Positions 62,030-64,000 of a DNA stretch of 64,000 nt are shown piece after piece. A program made the position numbers and the translations under genes. The notes beneath the pieces were generated by a model, which had not been told where the DNA came from, searched no databases, and saw only the letters and a program-made list of their open reading frames with translations. How positions within the stretch are numbered: position 1 is the stretch's first letter; every line of letters begins with the position of its first letter. Origin of the DNA: Klebsormidium nitens (taxonomy: Eukaryota; Plantae; Klebsormidiophyceae). The stretch is taken from the NCBI GenBank assembly GCA_000708835.1, contig DF237479.1, positions 115 through 64,114 on the forward strand, in the 5' to 3' direction.

Positions 62030-64000
62030 GTGGCCCTGGTTGAGCAAGCCAAAGGTACTGAAGGCGGGGCGCTTGGAGGCACCCTCAGCGGTGTGGCAAT
62101 CAAGACCGGGTTGGAGAACTTCTTTGGGGTGGAACGAATCACTTTCCACCCAAACTATCTCGAGCTGGTTGGCCCACTCCGCCTGGATCAGGAAGGGGTG
62201 GAGCTGCTAGCGGAGGCCTTGAAGGGTCATCCTAGGTTGAAGTCATTGATCCTGAGGGAGGTTGAGCTCGATTGGGGACACTTCAAAGGCAACCTGGGGC
62301 TGGCCCTTGAGCAAATGAACGATTTGCATTCACTGGATCTGACTTTGAGCACCTTCTCAGGGGATTTTGCCGGGTCCGGTTTCTCGAAGCTGATTGAGTC
62401 GAAAACGCTCTTGGTTAGTCTGGTCATGCACAATGTCAATGGTTTGAAGGTCGGGGACCTTCTGGAGATTCTGAAGACAACAACTTCTAGGGACTTTCCT
62501 CTAGCTCTTAGCATCCGTGCGGATTCTTGGCAACTGGAGGACCTTGAGGCACTTGCGAGAGAGTGGCCCGACGGTACAATGGTAAAAATAGAAGGTTTAA
62601 TCGGATCCCTACTCGACTGCCTGAGAGGTGGTTGCGAAGAGTTGAACATGGATCTGCACAGTCGGTACGATCTTGTCGAATCGCCGTTGTGGACTGCTTT
62701 TGCTGAAAGCCACGTCGGACAAGTGAGGAGGTTACTTGTAGAGGCAAGCGAGTTCGATTCGGTCTACGACCTTTCTCTAGGAATGTTCTGCTCAATTGTG
62801 CTGAAGAAGCTTCCATCCTTGAGTAGCATCACGTTCTCGGCCCGTGCTCAAGCTAATTGGAGTCTCTTGGGTGCACGACGTACCATAGCAGATTCAGTGG
62901 CAATGATAACTTCAGTTCAGGGACTAGTGGCCTTGAGTGCCTTGAGTCTGCTTGTTCTGATCAGCGCTACGAAGCTGGACAATACATCTGTGAGAGAACT
63001 GATCTCCACAATCGAGACGTATGGGGAGGTCACGAGTATCGAGCTTCCATGGAAAAGCAAAGCCTTGAGGACTCAACTACTACTCGCATGCGAGAGAAAC
63101 AAGCGTTTGCAAGGGCTTTGGGAGGTCGCTTCAGAGGACGAGTTGGTGCGAATTGACTCTCTTTGGGGAAAGGTGTTTTTGTGCGGAGATGGTTATGCTG
63201 GAAAGTCCACCCTCACCAAATCGCTCGTGAGACGGAAGGGCTTGTTTGCGGCCTGCCTCCAGCCCTCAGAAGGAGCATTTGTCAGCGCATTTGTCAGCAA
63301 TCAATACGTGGCAATCCGGGGCATAGCTCTTGCGAAGTACCAAGCCGTTTACGAGGGCAAGGGCGCCCAACTGGTCTTTTGGGACTTGGCGGGGCAGAAA
63401 GAGTATCAGGTTCTGCACTCTTCCCTCCTAGCAAACGAAGGCAAGGCCACAAGCTACGTCCTTGTCTCTCGAATTGATAACGACATACAAGCGCAGAAGG
63501 GCGACAAGTCAGGGAGTCCGCTCGCTGAGCTACCTGTAAGGATCCGCTGGTGGTTAGACCTCGTTGCATCTTACAGCCAGGTTGGAAACGAGCGTGCGGT
63601 TGTACTGGTTTTTAACGAGGTTGGTAATCAGCAAGCCCGCAGGGAGAAACTCGAGCGCCTTGCGGATGAGCTCCGCTCCTCTTATCAGGACAAGCTCAAG
63701 ATCCTTGAAGAGGTCTACTTTCTGGATACGCGGCACCATAAGTCGGCCGGGGTGAGGGCGCTCCAGTTGAAACTTCTCGCCTTAACGGAGGAGGCCACCA
63801 AGCCCACTCCAAAGGTTTGTCTAGAACTTCAAACGACGCTTACTGGGTTCCGAAAGAGCGGTCGGTTTCCGGTGCAAACCTGGGAGGAGTTCAAGGGGCT
63901 CATGAGGAGGGGGGTGGGGGAGGAGCTTCTGAAAGGGGTCACGGCTTACCTGCACGAGATGGGGAAGGTCGTCTACTTCCGGAGTGGCCCGTTGAGTGGG
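62030..64000 (+). CDS. LRR-ROC-COR (ROCO, TORNADO1-like) protein, truncated at the window edge
   Basis: Uninterrupted frame from ttgcag|GTG (62030) to 64000, absent from the ORF track because it has no stop. RNI-like LRR (GVELLAEALKGHPRLKSLIL), P-loop KVFLCGDGYAGKST, G3 FWDLAGQ, COR start AYLHEMGKVVYF. Confidence 0.85.
   Translation, partial: MALVEQAKGTEGGALGGTLSGVAIKTGLENFFGVERITFHPNYLELVGPLRLDQEGVELLAEALKGHPRLKSLILREVELDWGHFKGNLGLALEQMNDLHSLDLTLSTFSGDFAGSGFSKLIESKTLLVSLVMHNVNGLKVGDLLEILKTTTSRDFPLALSIRADSWQLEDLEALAREWPDGTMVKIEGLIGSLLDCLRGGCEELNMDLHSRYDLVESPLWTAFAESHVGQVRRLLVEASEFDSVYDLSLGMFCSIVLKKLPSLSSITFSARAQANWSLLGARRTIADSVAMITSVQGLVALSALSLLVLISATKLDNTSVRELISTIETYGEVTSIELPWKSKALRTQLLLACERNKRLQGLWEVASEDELVRIDSLWGKVFLCGDGYAGKSTLTKSLVRRKGLFAACLQPSEGAFVSAFVSNQYVAIRGIALAKYQAVYEGKGAQLVFWDLAGQKEYQVLHSSLLANEGKATSYVLVSRIDNDIQAQKGDKSGSPLAELPVRIRWWLDLVASYSQVGNERAVVLVFNEVGNQQARREKLERLADELRSSYQDKLKILEEVYFLDTRHHKSAGVRALQLKLLALTEEATKPTPKVCLELQTTLTGFRKSGRFPVQTWEEFKGLMRRGVGEELLKGVTAYLHEMGKVVYFRSGPLSG

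Overview
Intron-rich eukaryotic nuclear DNA, probably a streptophyte alga such as Klebsormidium (inferred from gene content and GT-AG intron style, not verified). Bases 1-9700 form an accessory block. It holds the C-terminus of a viral-type D5-like primase-helicase followed by inverted GGTAGG repeat clusters, a frameshifted KDZ (Kyakuja-Dileera-Zisupton) transposase, and unidentified decayed sequence. The core holds a frameshifted GT-A glycosyltransferase, a CLC-e/f-type chloride channel with CBS domains (-), UBL5/Hub1 (+), a NEMP/DUF2215 protein (+), a spliced RimM plus UDP-GlcNAc pyrophosphorylase fusion (-), TAPT1/POD1 (+, with an AT-AC U12 intron) and RNA pol I subunit RPA49 (-). An LRR-ROC-COR gene runs off the right edge. 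Three MITEs with TIRs and TSDs (Harbinger, hAT, Tc1/mariner-like) are present. The most unusual signal is that introns of three unrelated genes carry degenerate tandem copies of the adjacent splice site plus exon end, including a U12 branch point/AC acceptor. Most unit lengths are 139-148 bp (close to the nucleosome core), with the rest mostly 149-185 bp.
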